Below, piece after piece: positions 26,828 through 36,465 of a DNA stretch of 64,000 nt (position 1 is its first letter; each line of letters starts with the position of its first letter). The notes under the pieces were generated by a model. That model was not told where the DNA came from. It saw nothing but the letters and a program-made list of their open reading frames with translations, and ran no database searches. The DNA is taken from IMG/VR virus record IMGVR_UViG_3300045996_003734, positions 1 to 64,000 of that record; one strand, given 5' to 3'. The stretch comes from a virus. The translations under genes and the position numbers were made by a program.

Positions 26828-27313
26828 TTGGTCACGCCTGCTCCGTCCGCACAGCCTCAACCTCAACTTGAGCGCCGCCCCAACAGTAACGGCTACGAGC
26901 TCATCGTCGGCATAGAGCGGGGGATGGTATTTTGGGGCGAGGTGCTTGAGCGTGAGCACCGGGACGCCGAGCAGTACCACGACAGCTCCAATCCGTGTCC
27001 CTGGGTGGTCGTGTCTGCAGACATCCTTCACCGTCGACTGCCGCTGGTCGTCGCCGTGCCTCTCACCAGCAAGCTGCACAAGGACAACGACCCTGTCTTT
27101 CGCCGCTACCGCATTCGCGTGCTCTCGGCAGATGTTCAGCGCTACACGCTCCAGCCGGGGGAGCGCGGCCTCAACGGCGATTCCCTCGCCCTGACCGAGC
27201 AAGTCCGGTCCATGGCTCATGCCCGCTTACTGGGTAACCCCATCGCTTACTTGGACGGTCGGATCCTGGGGGCGCTGGAAGCCGGCGCGAAAGAAGTACT
27301 GGCGTTCAAGTGA
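26828..27313 (+). CDS. PemK/MazF-family protein
   Basis: RGMVFW...EQ...PWVVVS...VVAVPLTS...DSLALTEQVRSM...RL. Confidence 0.88.
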   Translation: MVTPAPSAQPQPQLERRPNSNGYELIVGIERGMVFWGEVLEREHRDAEQYHDSSNPCPWVVVSADILHRRLPLVVAVPLTSKLHKDNDPVFRRYRIRVLSADVQRYTLQPGERGLNGDSLALTEQVRSMAHARLLGNPIAYLDGRILGALEAGAKEVLAFK

Positions 27314-27347
27314 GAAAACCCGCGGCAGCGCGGAAGTGGAACGTAAC

Positions 27348-27557
27348 TCAGTCCCGCGAGGGGTGAGCAAACTCGAACGCAACCGACTCCACGATGACGC
27401 GGCCGTTCAGGGGACAGGCGTACCAGGCCTCCACCAACCTGGCCAAGCGCTTCCGGTCGAGGGGGCAGAGCTCACCGTGGATCTGAGCGATGACGACCGC
27501 CGTGGGGTCCGTGGTGGCGGCGTACGGGTTGGTCGGCTCGTCATCGACATCGACCAT
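27348..27557 (-). CDS. hypothetical protein
   Basis: TGATG overlap with upstream gene. Confidence 0.5.
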   Translation of the reverse strand: MVDVDDEPTNPYAATTDPTAVVIAQIHGELCPLDRKRLARLVEAWYACPLNGRVIVESVAFEFAHPSRD

Positions 27558-29479
27558 CAGAGAACCTCGCTGCGCGCGAGCACGTCCCCCAGGACGACGC
27601 TCTCCACGGTCACCGAGACCGTGGAGCCGAGACCGCGCGACCAGCTTGGCGCGTGCGTCGTCGTCGCGCTCCGGCTGAGTCCCAAGAGCCTCCGGAGGAG
27701 CAGCGACTGAAGCTGCACCGCGGCCACCTGCCGGGCGAGCAGTCGCCCCACGGAGCTCCCCTGCCCGACGGTCGCCAATCGCTCGAGCCCGACCCGCAGC
27801 GCCCGCGCGGGCGCGTGGGCGAGGCTCGTCGCCAGGTTCACGTACTGCCCCTGGCTGTGCCCCTCCGTGCCTGCTTGAGCGACGCTGGTGGCGCGCGACC
27901 GACTTAGAACCCGCCCGACCGTCAGGAGTGGCGCGGCGACGACAGACAACACCCGAGACGCGCGGCGCGCCACCGCTCCGGTCTCGGCGAGCGCCACGGT
28001 GCGCGCCACCAGGGCGGCCCTCGTTCGCGCCGCGGTGTGGGTGAGGCCGGCGGCAAGCCCCCGCGTGTACGAGCGCCCTGCGGCGACGCTGGGGACGGCG
28101 GTGACGCTGGCAGCGAGTGGCGGACGACTGACCGAGCGCGAGCGGCCCGGCACCTGCACCAGCCCCGTGGCCAGCGCCTTAGCCATGGCTCGGCCGAGGC
28201 TCACGGTTTGGGCGACGGAAGCGCTCAGCGTCATCGCCTGGGACCCGCCGCCCGCCGGAATGGTCTGGCGGTCCGCCTGCCCAGCTTGGCTGGTGGCAAG
28301 TGCCAGGGTGCGCATCGCCGCCCGAGCCCGTGACAGCACGGGCACGGTGACTACGCTCAGCGTCCGCGAGAGAGCTCGGAGACGCGAGCTCGTTTGAACC
28401 TGCGCGGTGGCGCGCCGCAGCCCGACCTGCCGCGCCCGCGCCGCTGTCTGCGTGTGCGTCGCGCTGAGAGACCTGCCGTACGACTGCCCCCTCGCGAGGC
28501 TGGCAGCTGTCGCCAGGGCACCCGCCACGGCGCGAGCCAACGCCCTCGCCCGCGTCGGACTCTGCGCGGCCGCTGCTGCTCGGGTGACACGTACTCCGCG
28601 CTGCCGCGTTGCGGTGTGTGCCTGGCTAGCAGACAGCCCCACCGCCAAGCCGCTCCTCACGGGCGCGCTGCCGGTGCTGTGGAGCACGATCGCGGAGAGC
28701 CGGCGGAGCACGGACCGTGCGCGGGTCAATCCTTGCGTCGCGGTCGCGCTCAAGCTGCGCAGCGTCACGCGCTGGCGAGCCACCGAGGGCGACTGCGCGT
28801 GCGTCGCCGTGAGCTCCATCAGCGTTGGGCCGCCACCGGCCGGCGGCTGCAGCACGACCAGAATCGCGCCGTGCATGTCGGTGATGCCCGTAGTGGCGAA
28901 GCCGATGCTCGTGCCCGTGTTCTGCGCGGCCGTTGACGTATAGGAGCCTGCCTCCGCGCCGTCTTGAGCGCTAGGCGCCCATTGCCGCGTCCAGCCGCTG
29001 GGCAGCACCCCTGGCCAAATGCCGAACAGCCAGGAACCCGCGAACACCACGCCGAGCGAGCCGTCGCGGGCGACGGTTGCACCGGGCACCGTGATGCCAG
29101 TGCCCGCGTTAGTAGCGGAGGTCACGCCTCCGGTCGGTGACGGAGTTGTCGGGTCTACGCCGCGGAACGCGCGAATTTGACCCACGCCAGCAACCGCGGC
29201 GCCGCCGGGTGTAACCGCGTAGCTAGCGGTCGCGTTCTCGGTGGTAGCGTTGGTGACCTTTTTCCGCAACACCGTGAGGCTGAAGATCTGCGCACCGGAG
29301 CTGCCGCCGACCTGTCCCACGTGCGTCCAGCCCGCGCACGTCGCGACCGCCGTCGGATCGTCGAACGCCACGTAGCCCATGTAGAGCCAGTCGTCGACAG
29401 CGAGGCTGACGCCGGCATTGGGGATGACGTCGTTGTACGCCGTGGCGGCTGCACCTGTGCTGTGGAGAGCGACGGCCAT
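27557..29479 (-). CDS. tail fibre-like protein (N-terminal beta domain plus Ala/Thr/Arg repeats)
   Basis: Position at the end of the tail operon; repetitive C-terminal two-thirds. Confidence 0.6.
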   Translation of the reverse strand: MAVALHSTGAAATAYNDVIPNAGVSLAVDDWLYMGYVAFDDPTAVATCAGWTHVGQVGGSSGAQIFSLTVLRKKVTNATTENATASYAVTPGGAAVAGVGQIRAFRGVDPTTPSPTGGVTSATNAGTGITVPGATVARDGSLGVVFAGSWLFGIWPGVLPSGWTRQWAPSAQDGAEAGSYTSTAAQNTGTSIGFATTGITDMHGAILVVLQPPAGGGPTLMELTATHAQSPSVARQRVTLRSLSATATQGLTRARSVLRRLSAIVLHSTGSAPVRSGLAVGLSASQAHTATRQRGVRVTRAAAAAQSPTRARALARAVAGALATAASLARGQSYGRSLSATHTQTAARARQVGLRRATAQVQTSSRLRALSRTLSVVTVPVLSRARAAMRTLALATSQAGQADRQTIPAGGGSQAMTLSASVAQTVSLGRAMAKALATGLVQVPGRSRSVSRPPLAASVTAVPSVAAGRSYTRGLAAGLTHTAARTRAALVARTVALAETGAVARRASRVLSVVAAPLLTVGRVLSRSRATSVAQAGTEGHSQGQYVNLATSLAHAPARALRVGLERLATVGQGSSVGRLLARQVAAVQLQSLLLRRLLGLSRSATTTHAPSWSRGLGSTVSVTVESVVLGDVLARSEVL

Positions 29480-29482
29480 AGT

Positions 29483-30142
29483 TTAAGGAATCGCGAGGTT
29501 GATTCGACCCGCCACGGCGTCTTTGCCAACGGGGTCGGTGAGGTGGACGCCGCCCGCGTCTAGGTACGGGCCGCCGGGGCCACTAGTCGGCACGTCAGCT
29601 TGGCCGAAACCGGGAATCGCATCGGTGTCCGCAAGGTGCTCCGCGCCCGCGCGAATCGGTCGCCCGGAGCCGCCGTTGCGCAGCAAGTCGTTGTACGCGA
29701 TCCGCTCCGGCCGCTTGTAGGGCGAGCTCAGCGGATCGTTGTACTCGGTCGTGGCGGGCACCGATACGACGCAAACTTCCCAGCCGAGCGCCTGCGCGTT
29801 GGAGATCAACGTCGCCATGCCGTCGACCACGTCCAACGGCGTTGCGCTGGTGTCCTGCAAGTCGCCATGACTAATGGAAATGAACACGACGACGTTGCGT
29901 GCTCCGCCCAAGTAGAACGGCGCATGGCCCTCACCCGGAAACCGTAGGATCGCGCCGTTGCCAGACCCCGCGGTGGTGTGAAGCATGAGCGCCCCGATCG
30001 ACACTTCATTCCAAGCGTCGCCGGGGCGCGCAGCTTCCAACCGCGCCGCGAGGCCCTCACCAATCGAGTCGCCGAAGACGAGACCGTTGATGGGGCCGCC
30101 TGCCATGGGTGGCTCCCACAGCATCTGGTACGTTACGGGCAT
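29483..30142 (-). CDS. SGNH/GDSL hydrolase
   Basis: VFGDSIG, YNDLLR, DAGGVHL. Confidence 0.8.
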   Translation of the reverse strand: MPVTYQMLWEPPMAGGPINGLVFGDSIGEGLAARLEAARPGDAWNEVSIGALMLHTTAGSGNGAILRFPGEGHAPFYLGGARNVVVFISISHGDLQDTSATPLDVVDGMATLISNAQALGWEVCVVSVPATTEYNDPLSSPYKRPERIAYNDLLRNGGSGRPIRAGAEHLADTDAIPGFGQADVPTSGPGGPYLDAGGVHLTDPVGKDAVAGRINLAIP

Positions 30143-30181
30143 GCTTTCCTACGTCTCCGAGCAACAGCGGAGAGCGTCGGA

Positions 30182-30835
30182 TCAGGCGAAAGCGACTTTG
30201 ATCGTGAACTGAATCGCGTCGCCGATGAGCAGCGCTAGACCCGTGAAGTCCGACTTGAACCACAAGGTGCCGACCGTCAACGCTGTGAACAGGCCCACGT
30301 TGGTGATGGTCTTGTTGCTCGTCACGACGGTGATCGTGCCGACCACCTGGTAGGTGTCGTTTGTCACGGTGGTGGTGACCTGCGAGCTCGTTCCGTTGGT
30401 CCGAGCCTCTTCCGTGCTCTCCGTGAAGAGAGTCGTGTCGGCCGCGGCCGCGGTGCCCGCGCCCGTGCCCCACGCCACGTATTTGGGTTCCGCCCCCGTT
30501 CCGAGGATGCGCTGCGCCGAGAGCGCTTTCCCGCCGTTGACGATGAGCGTTGCCCCAAGGGCCGCGCCACTGAGCGCCTGGCCGATGGGCAACAGCGCGT
30601 GGTCGTGCCGCTGTACCAGCTCGGCGACCTGCTCAGCCTGGGTCGCCGCGCCGGCCATCAGCACCATCGCCAGCCACGGCAGTACCTTTCGCCCGAGCTT
30701 TCGGAGCTTCAGGCTGAAGCTCTCGTACTTGGCGAGCACCTTCCGCTCGGTGCGGCCGTCAGCCGCGTACGTGATGTCCGCGATGACCTCTGCCGAGGTG
30801 ACCGCCTTCGAGTTCGCGCCGTACGTCCGGATCAT
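30182..30835 (-). CDS. virion tail-associated protein
   Basis: YVAWGTG...AADTTL..E...ITNVGLF.A...GTL motif. Confidence 0.65.
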   Translation of the reverse strand: MIRTYGANSKAVTSAEVIADITYAADGRTERKVLAKYESFSLKLRKLGRKVLPWLAMVLMAGAATQAEQVAELVQRHDHALLPIGQALSGAALGATLIVNGGKALSAQRILGTGAEPKYVAWGTGAGTAAAADTTLFTESTEEARTNGTSSQVTTTVTNDTYQVVGTITVVTSNKTITNVGLFTALTVGTLWFKSDFTGLALLIGDAIQFTIKVAFA

Positions 30836-31287
30836 TTGCTCACCTCCACGTCACCGCTCGCCGCTTGCACGGCAGACAACTCCAGCTCCGCGGGCACGAG
30901 GCCCTGCGCCTTGAGGCGGTCCAGCAGGTCGCTCTCGATGTTCGCGCGCTTCAGCGCTTCGCGTGCTTCGCGCTCGCTCGCCGCGCGCTTCTCCTCGACT
31001 ACGGCTCGCACGCTCTCGTGCGGCTCGAGCTCGACGCTGAACTCCGAGACCACGCCGGGCTCGAACGACTCGACAATCTTGCCGCCGCCCTTCTTTTCGA
31101 CCGTGCGTTCCCACGGCTCGAGCGAGCGCACAACGAGGTCGAGCTTCCCGCCTTCCTTGGGGATGACCGCCTCGACCTGGCGTCGCGCGACCTCCACCGC
31201 GTGAGTAGCGTCGATGGCGCTGATCTCGAAATCCTGCTCGGGCAACCCGAGAGCGGCTTCGCCGCGGACCTCCACCTGGAACTTCAT
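30832..31287 (-). CDS. hypothetical protein
   Basis: ATGA overlap. Confidence 0.65.
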   Translation of the reverse strand: MKFQVEVRGEAALGLPEQDFEISAIDATHAVEVARRQVEAVIPKEGGKLDLVVRSLEPWERTVEKKGGGKIVESFEPGVVSEFSVELEPHESVRAVVEEKRAASEREAREALKRANIESDLLDRLKAQGLVPAELELSAVQAASGDVEVSK

Positions 31288-31338
31288 AGGCTTTCTTCCT
31301 TCGCAAACCGCCGCCTGCGGCCCGCCTTGGACGCGCGC

Positions 31339-31653
31339 CTATGGGGTCGGGTACTGGACGACGTGGAGCTTGAAGAGCCGGCAGCGTCGTGACCCAGGCT
31401 CGATCCGCGGCTCGATGAGGTAGGCGCCCGGCTGGGCGGTCTCTTCGCCAGCTGAGTCGAACGTGTGCAAGGCCGCCAGCGAGCGCTCGGTTAGGTCCGC
31501 GACCGTGGTCGGCCACGTCGTCGTCGTGCGGTCCGGACGCGTCACGTGCAGCACGACGTCCGTGACGGTGCGCATGTCGAGCCCCGTCGAGCCCGGCGTC
31601 AGGATGAGCCGCAGCGACTCCGGTGCCCGCGCCCCCTGGAGCAGCGTGGTCAT
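31339..31653 (-). CDS. Ig-like (BppU-like) small protein
   Basis: LDMRTVTDVVLHVTRPD...PGAYLIE. Confidence 0.5.
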   Translation of the reverse strand: MTTLLQGARAPESLRLILTPGSTGLDMRTVTDVVLHVTRPDRTTTTWPTTVADLTERSLAALHTFDSAGEETAQPGAYLIEPRIEPGSRRCRLFKLHVVQYPTP

Positions 31654-32114
31654 CGCCTCCCCGGGTTCTCGGCCACGGACTCAGCCGCGACTCGCCCGAC
31701 GCACGCGCCACGCTCGGCGCCGTCGCGGAGCTCACGGCAGATGTCCAGCCTGCGGTCGAACTCGCTGCGCTGGATCACGGTCTGGGTGGGCGGCGGGGCC
31801 GGAGTGGTGATCCGCACCATGAAGCCTGCGAAGCCACCGGAGCCCAACATGCCCAGCAGGACCTTGACCGTCGTGGACGCCGCGAAGGCCTTGGCTTTCT
31901 TGGCGAGCAGCTCGAACTCAGTCAGGCGTTGGTCTAGCCCGAGGACGGCCCCCTCGAGCTTGCCGAGGCGCTCACCGAGCTTTTGCTCGACGGCGATCGC
32001 GACCCGCTCGGCTTGGTGGGCGGCTCGGACGGCGCGCTCGAAGTCGTCCCCTTGGTCTTCGGAAGCCATGGGAAGGCGCTGGCCTGGGATACCGGGAGCG
32101 TTCGGAGGTGCCAT
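31650..32114 (-). CDS. coiled-coil membrane protein, lysis region
   Basis: One hydrophobic segment; C-terminal Cys pair. Confidence 0.55.
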   Translation of the reverse strand: MAPPNAPGIPGQRLPMASEDQGDDFERAVRAAHQAERVAIAVEQKLGERLGKLEGAVLGLDQRLTEFELLAKKAKAFAASTTVKVLLGMLGSGGFAGFMVRITTPAPPPTQTVIQRSEFDRRLDICRELRDGAERGACVGRVAAESVAENPGRR

Positions 32115-32118
32115 GACG

Positions 32119-32385
32119 TCACTTGGCCGCAGCGGCGATCGCGCAAACGAAGCTCACTAGAGCGGCTGCCACGCCGATCAGGGCCGGCAGCCACCGCTCC
32201 TGACGCATGGTCCGCACTTCCTGCTTCAGGGCTTTGTGTTCCTGGAACATCTGCAGACTGATGTCATGGGAGCGCTCGGCGTAGACCTTCGTCTGTCGGG
32301 CCTCGTCCTCCGTGCGTGTGCACGACGCCAGAATCAGATCGAGGGTGTCTTTTCGGTCGGTCGGCGTCTTGTCGTCATCGCTCAT
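32119..32385 (-). CDS. small C-terminally anchored membrane protein (holin candidate)
   Basis: Overlaps lysin stop; WLPALIGVAAALVSFVCAIAA. Confidence 0.6.
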   Translation of the reverse strand: MSDDDKTPTDRKDTLDLILASCTRTEDEARQTKVYAERSHDISLQMFQEHKALKQEVRTMRQERWLPALIGVAAALVSFVCAIAAAAK

Positions 32386-33238
32386 TGGCGTAGGGCTCCG
32401 AATCGGGGGCGAGCTCGCTGGGGTCGGTGTCGCTCGCAGCCTGGGACGCGAGACGCGCGTGCTCGCGCAGGTTCGCGCCAGCCATCCCGACAGCGTTCTG
32501 GATGTGCTCCCAGTGGCTCGCCTGGAGGTGCTCCAGCAAGTCCTCCAAACCGTCGTCGCTATCCTTGGACGCAGGCGGAAGCGTGCTGTTGACCACCGGC
32601 TCCACGGCGCCGATGAGCGGCAGCTCGCCAAGCAGGCGGTTCTGGTCGAGCACGGGGGCCTTGGAGTCGTAACCGCCGGGGCCGTTCGGGTCGTACGGCG
32701 CGACGCGGTGCTGCCAGATGGTGGCTTCCTTGCCGCCTGGGGTCGCGGGCTTGGCCGCGCCCGTGTAGTGCGCAACCCAGAGCGGGCGGTCGAGCAGCCA
32801 CGCTGGCTTGCCGAGCATCCCGAACTCGCGCTGCGTGATGTACACGAGCGCATCGCCGTACTCCGCCACCAGCTCGTCGAGGATGTGCTTCACGCCGTCC
32901 TGCCACGCGGGCGAGACGTGAGCGCCCGGTTTGGGCATCGGGTCGGCCTCAACGTCGAGCGCCGGCACGATGTCCCCTGCCCCGATGTTGGCGAGCCGCA
33001 GCTGCTCACGAAAGACGGCGAGCTGGTCAGCGGCGTCCTGGCTTGGGCGGAAGAAGTGGTAGAGGCCGACCTTGAGCCCGACGGCGCGAGCCCGCTTCAC
33101 GTGCTCGGCCGTGACGCGGTCCTTCATCAGGCCGTAGCTGCCGCGAACGATGCAGAAGCTCGAGCTCTGGGCGAAGGTCCCCCACGCGAGCGAGGCCGGG
33201 TGCTGGTGGTGCGACACGTCGACGCCGTAGTTCTTCAC
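32375..33238 (-). CDS. GH25 muramidase endolysin
   Basis: GVDVSHHQ, GLYHFF, PALDVE, LWVAHY, IWQH. Confidence 0.93.
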   Translation of the reverse strand: MKNYGVDVSHHQHPASLAWGTFAQSSSFCIVRGSYGLMKDRVTAEHVKRARAVGLKVGLYHFFRPSQDAADQLAVFREQLRLANIGAGDIVPALDVEADPMPKPGAHVSPAWQDGVKHILDELVAEYGDALVYITQREFGMLGKPAWLLDRPLWVAHYTGAAKPATPGGKEATIWQHRVAPYDPNGPGGYDSKAPVLDQNRLLGELPLIGAVEPVVNSTLPPASKDSDDGLEDLLEHLQASHWEHIQNAVGMAGANLREHARLASQAASDTDPSELAPDSEPYANER

Positions 33239-33738
33239 GCCGCGGAGTCCTTCCCGGTGAGCTTCTCGATCTGCCCCGCGAGCCAGCGCTCGAAGGATTT
33301 CGGGTCTCGCCGGCAGCGCTCGAGCGTGGCCTGGACCTCGACCAGCACAGCGAAGCGGACGCCCGAGTGCTCGTGCTGCTTGCGCTCCTGAAGCGCTGCT
33401 CGACGGTCCAGCGGCGCCGGCTCGATGCCCGCCTTACGCACCGTGGCGCGGGCGCTGTAGACCTTCGCGTTGCCGCGGCAGCGCGAGCAGGTCTTGAGCG
33501 CGTCGTCGTCGCGCTCGCCGCCGCACTTGCACCGGCCCTCGCGAGCGTACTGCGCACGGCGCTCGGCCAGCTGGAGGCGGGCGTGGGTGCGCGCCGCCAG
33601 CTGCGAGGCCGCGGCTGCGGTCTTGGCAGCGAAGAAGAACACGCCTCCCTTGGCGTCGCCCTTGCTCGCCACCGGCCTGCAGTCGGTGACCTTGCCCGCG
33701 CCGTCGACGGTGACGCGGAACCAGCTCCTGGTTTTCAT
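33235..33738 (-). CDS. Zn-finger protein within lysis cassette
   Basis: GRCKCG...TCSRC; overlapping start/stop codons at both ends. Confidence 0.65.
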   Translation of the reverse strand: MKTRSWFRVTVDGAGKVTDCRPVASKGDAKGGVFFFAAKTAAAASQLAARTHARLQLAERRAQYAREGRCKCGGERDDDALKTCSRCRGNAKVYSARATVRKAGIEPAPLDRRAALQERKQHEHSGVRFAVLVEVQATLERCRRDPKSFERWLAGQIEKLTGKDSAA

Positions 33739-33944
33739 CAGACGCCGCTTCCCGGCACCTTGCCGCCGCCCAGATCGGGGCGACGGTAGGCCTGTTTGGA
33801 CGCCGCCATCACGGTCGCCTTCTCGACTGCGGATGCCGGGTCGCGGTGGCTGAGCAGCGCGTTGATGAGCGCCTCCAGCGCGGACTCGCCTACCCTTTTC
33901 GCGAGCTCCACGGTCGCAAGCTCGAGCGGCTCCGGAAGCTTCAC
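33738..33944 (-). CDS. hypothetical protein
   Basis: Operon tiling. Confidence 0.55.
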   Translation of the reverse strand: MKLPEPLELATVELAKRVGESALEALINALLSHRDPASAVEKATVMAASKQAYRRPDLGGGKVPGSGV

Positions 33945-34582
33945 TTGCACCGCTCCTCGACCCAACGATCACACTCCGCGACGATGGCCTTGCAGCCGGG
34001 AGTCGCGTCGCATTTGTCGTCGGGCAGGTTCGGGAACTTCGACTGCCGGCGCGCCGCGCACTTGGTGTTGTGAAGGGCTAGCGGCCCCGTCGCGTAGTCT
34101 TCGGTGGAGCAGGGCTCCGCGTCTGGACGGCAAGCCACCGCGCACAGCGCCGCCAACCCGAACAGCACCAAGCTCAGCATGTGCAGCACCAAGAGCGTCG
34201 GAGGCTTCATCCTGCCGACCTCCCCGCGGTAGGGCACCCAAGGCACGGCCTTCAGCACCTCGTGCGCCAGCGCTGCGAGCGCGCCGAAGACGGCGCCCTT
34301 GATGGTGGCGCTCACGTCGCCGCCCGTGCTGAGCGCGAGCGTCGTCATGCCGAGGAGCGTGCCCGGCAAGGCCTGCCAGAACTTGCTCAGCACCAGCAGA
34401 ACCGGCGCGGCATCGATTACCGGCACCGGCACGACGCTGGCGAACGCCTCCCACGCACGGGGGAAGAGCTTCCGGAACGCATAGACCACCACGAGCACAG
34501 CCAGCACCAGCAGAGCGCGAGGCACCGCCGGGTCGACGTTTACGGACAGCCACGCGACGGCGGCCTTGAGCTGCGAGAGCAT
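33941..34582 (-). CDS. holin-like multi-TM protein with a lipoprotein-like Cys-rich tail
   Basis: Several hydrophobic segments, then LCAVAC and five more Cys. Confidence 0.6.
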   Translation of the reverse strand: MLSQLKAAVAWLSVNVDPAVPRALLVLAVLVVVYAFRKLFPRAWEAFASVVPVPVIDAAPVLLVLSKFWQALPGTLLGMTTLALSTGGDVSATIKGAVFGALAALAHEVLKAVPWVPYRGEVGRMKPPTLLVLHMLSLVLFGLAALCAVACRPDAEPCSTEDYATGPLALHNTKCAARRQSKFPNLPDDKCDATPGCKAIVAECDRWVEERCK

Positions 34583-34616
34583 GCGCCAGCGTGGCGGCGC
34601 GGCGCCGGCCTGACCC

Positions 34617-34976
34617 CTAGACGGGCTTCGGCGCCTCGAGCATCTCGCCCTCGACGGTGAGGTTGAGCGAGCCCCACCAGCGGTTGTGCGCCACCTCGCG
34701 CAGCGTCACCACGAACGGCCCGCCCTCCTGCGGCGTGAAGATGATCGCGCTCGGCGCTGCCTTCGTGTACTCGCGGCGCACGTAGCTCTGCGCGCTCGGC
34801 CCCTGCACCTCGAGCACGAGCGGCAGCATGACGCCCTCCGGCAGAGCCCGCTTGTAGCTCACGGTGAGCAGCAGCGGTCGACCGGCAGCTACCTTGGCGC
34901 CGAGCTCCACCGCCAAGTCGAAGCGCTTGTCGCGGACGTAGGCCGGCGACAGCTCGTCGATGGTCCGTTCAGCCAT
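34617..34976 (-). CDS. hypothetical virion protein
   Basis: Operon tiling; beta-rich. Confidence 0.6.
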   Translation of the reverse strand: MAERTIDELSPAYVRDKRFDLAVELGAKVAAGRPLLLTVSYKRALPEGVMLPLVLEVQGPSAQSYVRREYTKAAPSAIIFTPQEGGPFVVTLREVAHNRWWGSLNLTVEGEMLEAPKPV

Positions 34977-35349
34977 TGCCCACGTCCAGCTCGATGTGCT
35001 CGTTTCCGCCGTCGGGGCGGCGGATCCGGATGGTGTGGTGCCCGACGCGGTCGGCAGTAAACGTCACTCGGGACGAGTACCCGAGCGGATGCTCGAGCTT
35101 CGCGGCGGGAGCGTTGGGCGCCTCGGTCACCGCGGCCACGAAGAGTCGACCGCCGAGCGCCGCATCCGCGGGCCCTACCACGCCACCCACCACCGCCTGG
35201 AGCACCACGGGCACTCCGACGGTCGCGACGTAGCGCTTCATGGGGCGCCCCGCGCGCGCGTTCAGGCGGCTGGGCCGCGCCGAGGTGGCGGGGTCCAGCC
35301 AATCGCTAACGATGACGCCGCTGGTCACGCGAACGGTGAAGTCGGCCAC
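34969..35349 (-). CDS. hypothetical virion protein
   Basis: Operon tiling; beta-rich. Confidence 0.6.
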   Translation of the reverse strand: MADFTVRVTSGVIVSDWLDPATSARPSRLNARAGRPMKRYVATVGVPVVLQAVVGGVVGPADAALGGRLFVAAVTEAPNAPAAKLEHPLGYSSRVTFTADRVGHHTIRIRRPDGGNEHIELDVGNG

Positions 35350-36465
35350 CTAGAAGCCCGAGCCGATCGTGAGGTAGGTGGAGACGTCGTCTCCGTACAG
35401 CAGCTGCCGACCGTTCGCCGCCAGCATGGCGTCCGCCGAAGCCGGGAAGAATCCCGCAGCGAACTTCCACGACGCGCCCGCGTCCTGGCTGTAGAGCATC
35501 ATGTTCCCGGACACGAAGCTCGAGCTGACGAAGACGTAGACGGTGCGACCGAACGCGACGGCCATCGTGTCCAAGCCCAAGCTGAAGGTGCCGCTGTTCG
35601 GCGGCAGCGTGAAGGCCTGATTGGTCCAAGTGATGCCGTCGGTCGACACCGCCACCGCAACCATTCCCGCACCGCCGCCCTCGCCGATCGCGACGTACTT
35701 CTCGAGCTGCGGAATGTAGACGACGTTGGTCCAGGCCTGCGAGGAGGGGAGCGTCCGCTCGAGCCAGTTGATGCCGTCCACGGAGTGGATGAGCTTGTTC
35801 GTGGTTGCGCTCGAGGTGATCACGATCCCGCCGCTCGAGCCGTTGACCGGGCCGACGGCCATGCTGATGCGCGGGTTGTTGTTCGGGACCGTCCGCGAGG
35901 TGAAGGTGAGCGCGTCCGCTGATGTCTCGACGACGCCGGTACCCTCGTGGCCCGCGACCCAGAGCCCGAGTTGCGCGACCCACTTCAGGCACGCCACGGC
36001 CGTCGTGTTCGTCTGCGAGCTCACCGTGGTGGCCATCGTGGACGTGAAGCACGTGGGGAACCGCACATACTTCTTGTTGCTCGAGGCTCCGGGAAGGCCA
36101 CCGACAAGCCCGACCCCAGCCGTTGGATTGAAGTCGGCTGCGCGTTTCCGCGCTCTGAGCGCGCTGATAGACGCAGTGTTGATGATGGTTAGAGCGCCCG
36201 AGCTACCGAGCAGCACCCGAGCGCGTGGGTTGGCGCCGTTTACGTCGACGGTCACCCACACGTCCGAGACGGAGTTGTAGAACGCCGCGAGTCCCGGCGC
36301 GGCTTGCGGCGGCCCCCAGTTTTTGAACGCCGCGACGTCGGTCCACACGGCGCCGTCCGCGGCTTGCGCCTGCTGCTCGTCCAGCTTGTTCAGGTCGCTG
36401 TGCGTGGGGACCTGGTTGTTCACGACGCCACCCGGCCAAACCAACGAAAACGGCCACTTTGCCAT
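35350..36465 (-). CDS. tail fibre/receptor-binding protein with Asp-box beta-propeller repeats
   Basis: SADALTFT, SVDGINW, STDGITW, SQDAGASW. Confidence 0.75.
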   Translation of the reverse strand: MAKWPFSLVWPGGVVNNQVPTHSDLNKLDEQQAQAADGAVWTDVAAFKNWGPPQAAPGLAAFYNSVSDVWVTVDVNGANPRARVLLGSSGALTIINTASISALRARKRAADFNPTAGVGLVGGLPGASSNKKYVRFPTCFTSTMATTVSSQTNTTAVACLKWVAQLGLWVAGHEGTGVVETSADALTFTSRTVPNNNPRISMAVGPVNGSSGGIVITSSATTNKLIHSVDGINWLERTLPSSQAWTNVVYIPQLEKYVAIGEGGGAGMVAVAVSTDGITWTNQAFTLPPNSGTFSLGLDTMAVAFGRTVYVFVSSSFVSGNMMLYSQDAGASWKFAAGFFPASADAMLAANGRQLLYGDDVSTYLTIGSGF

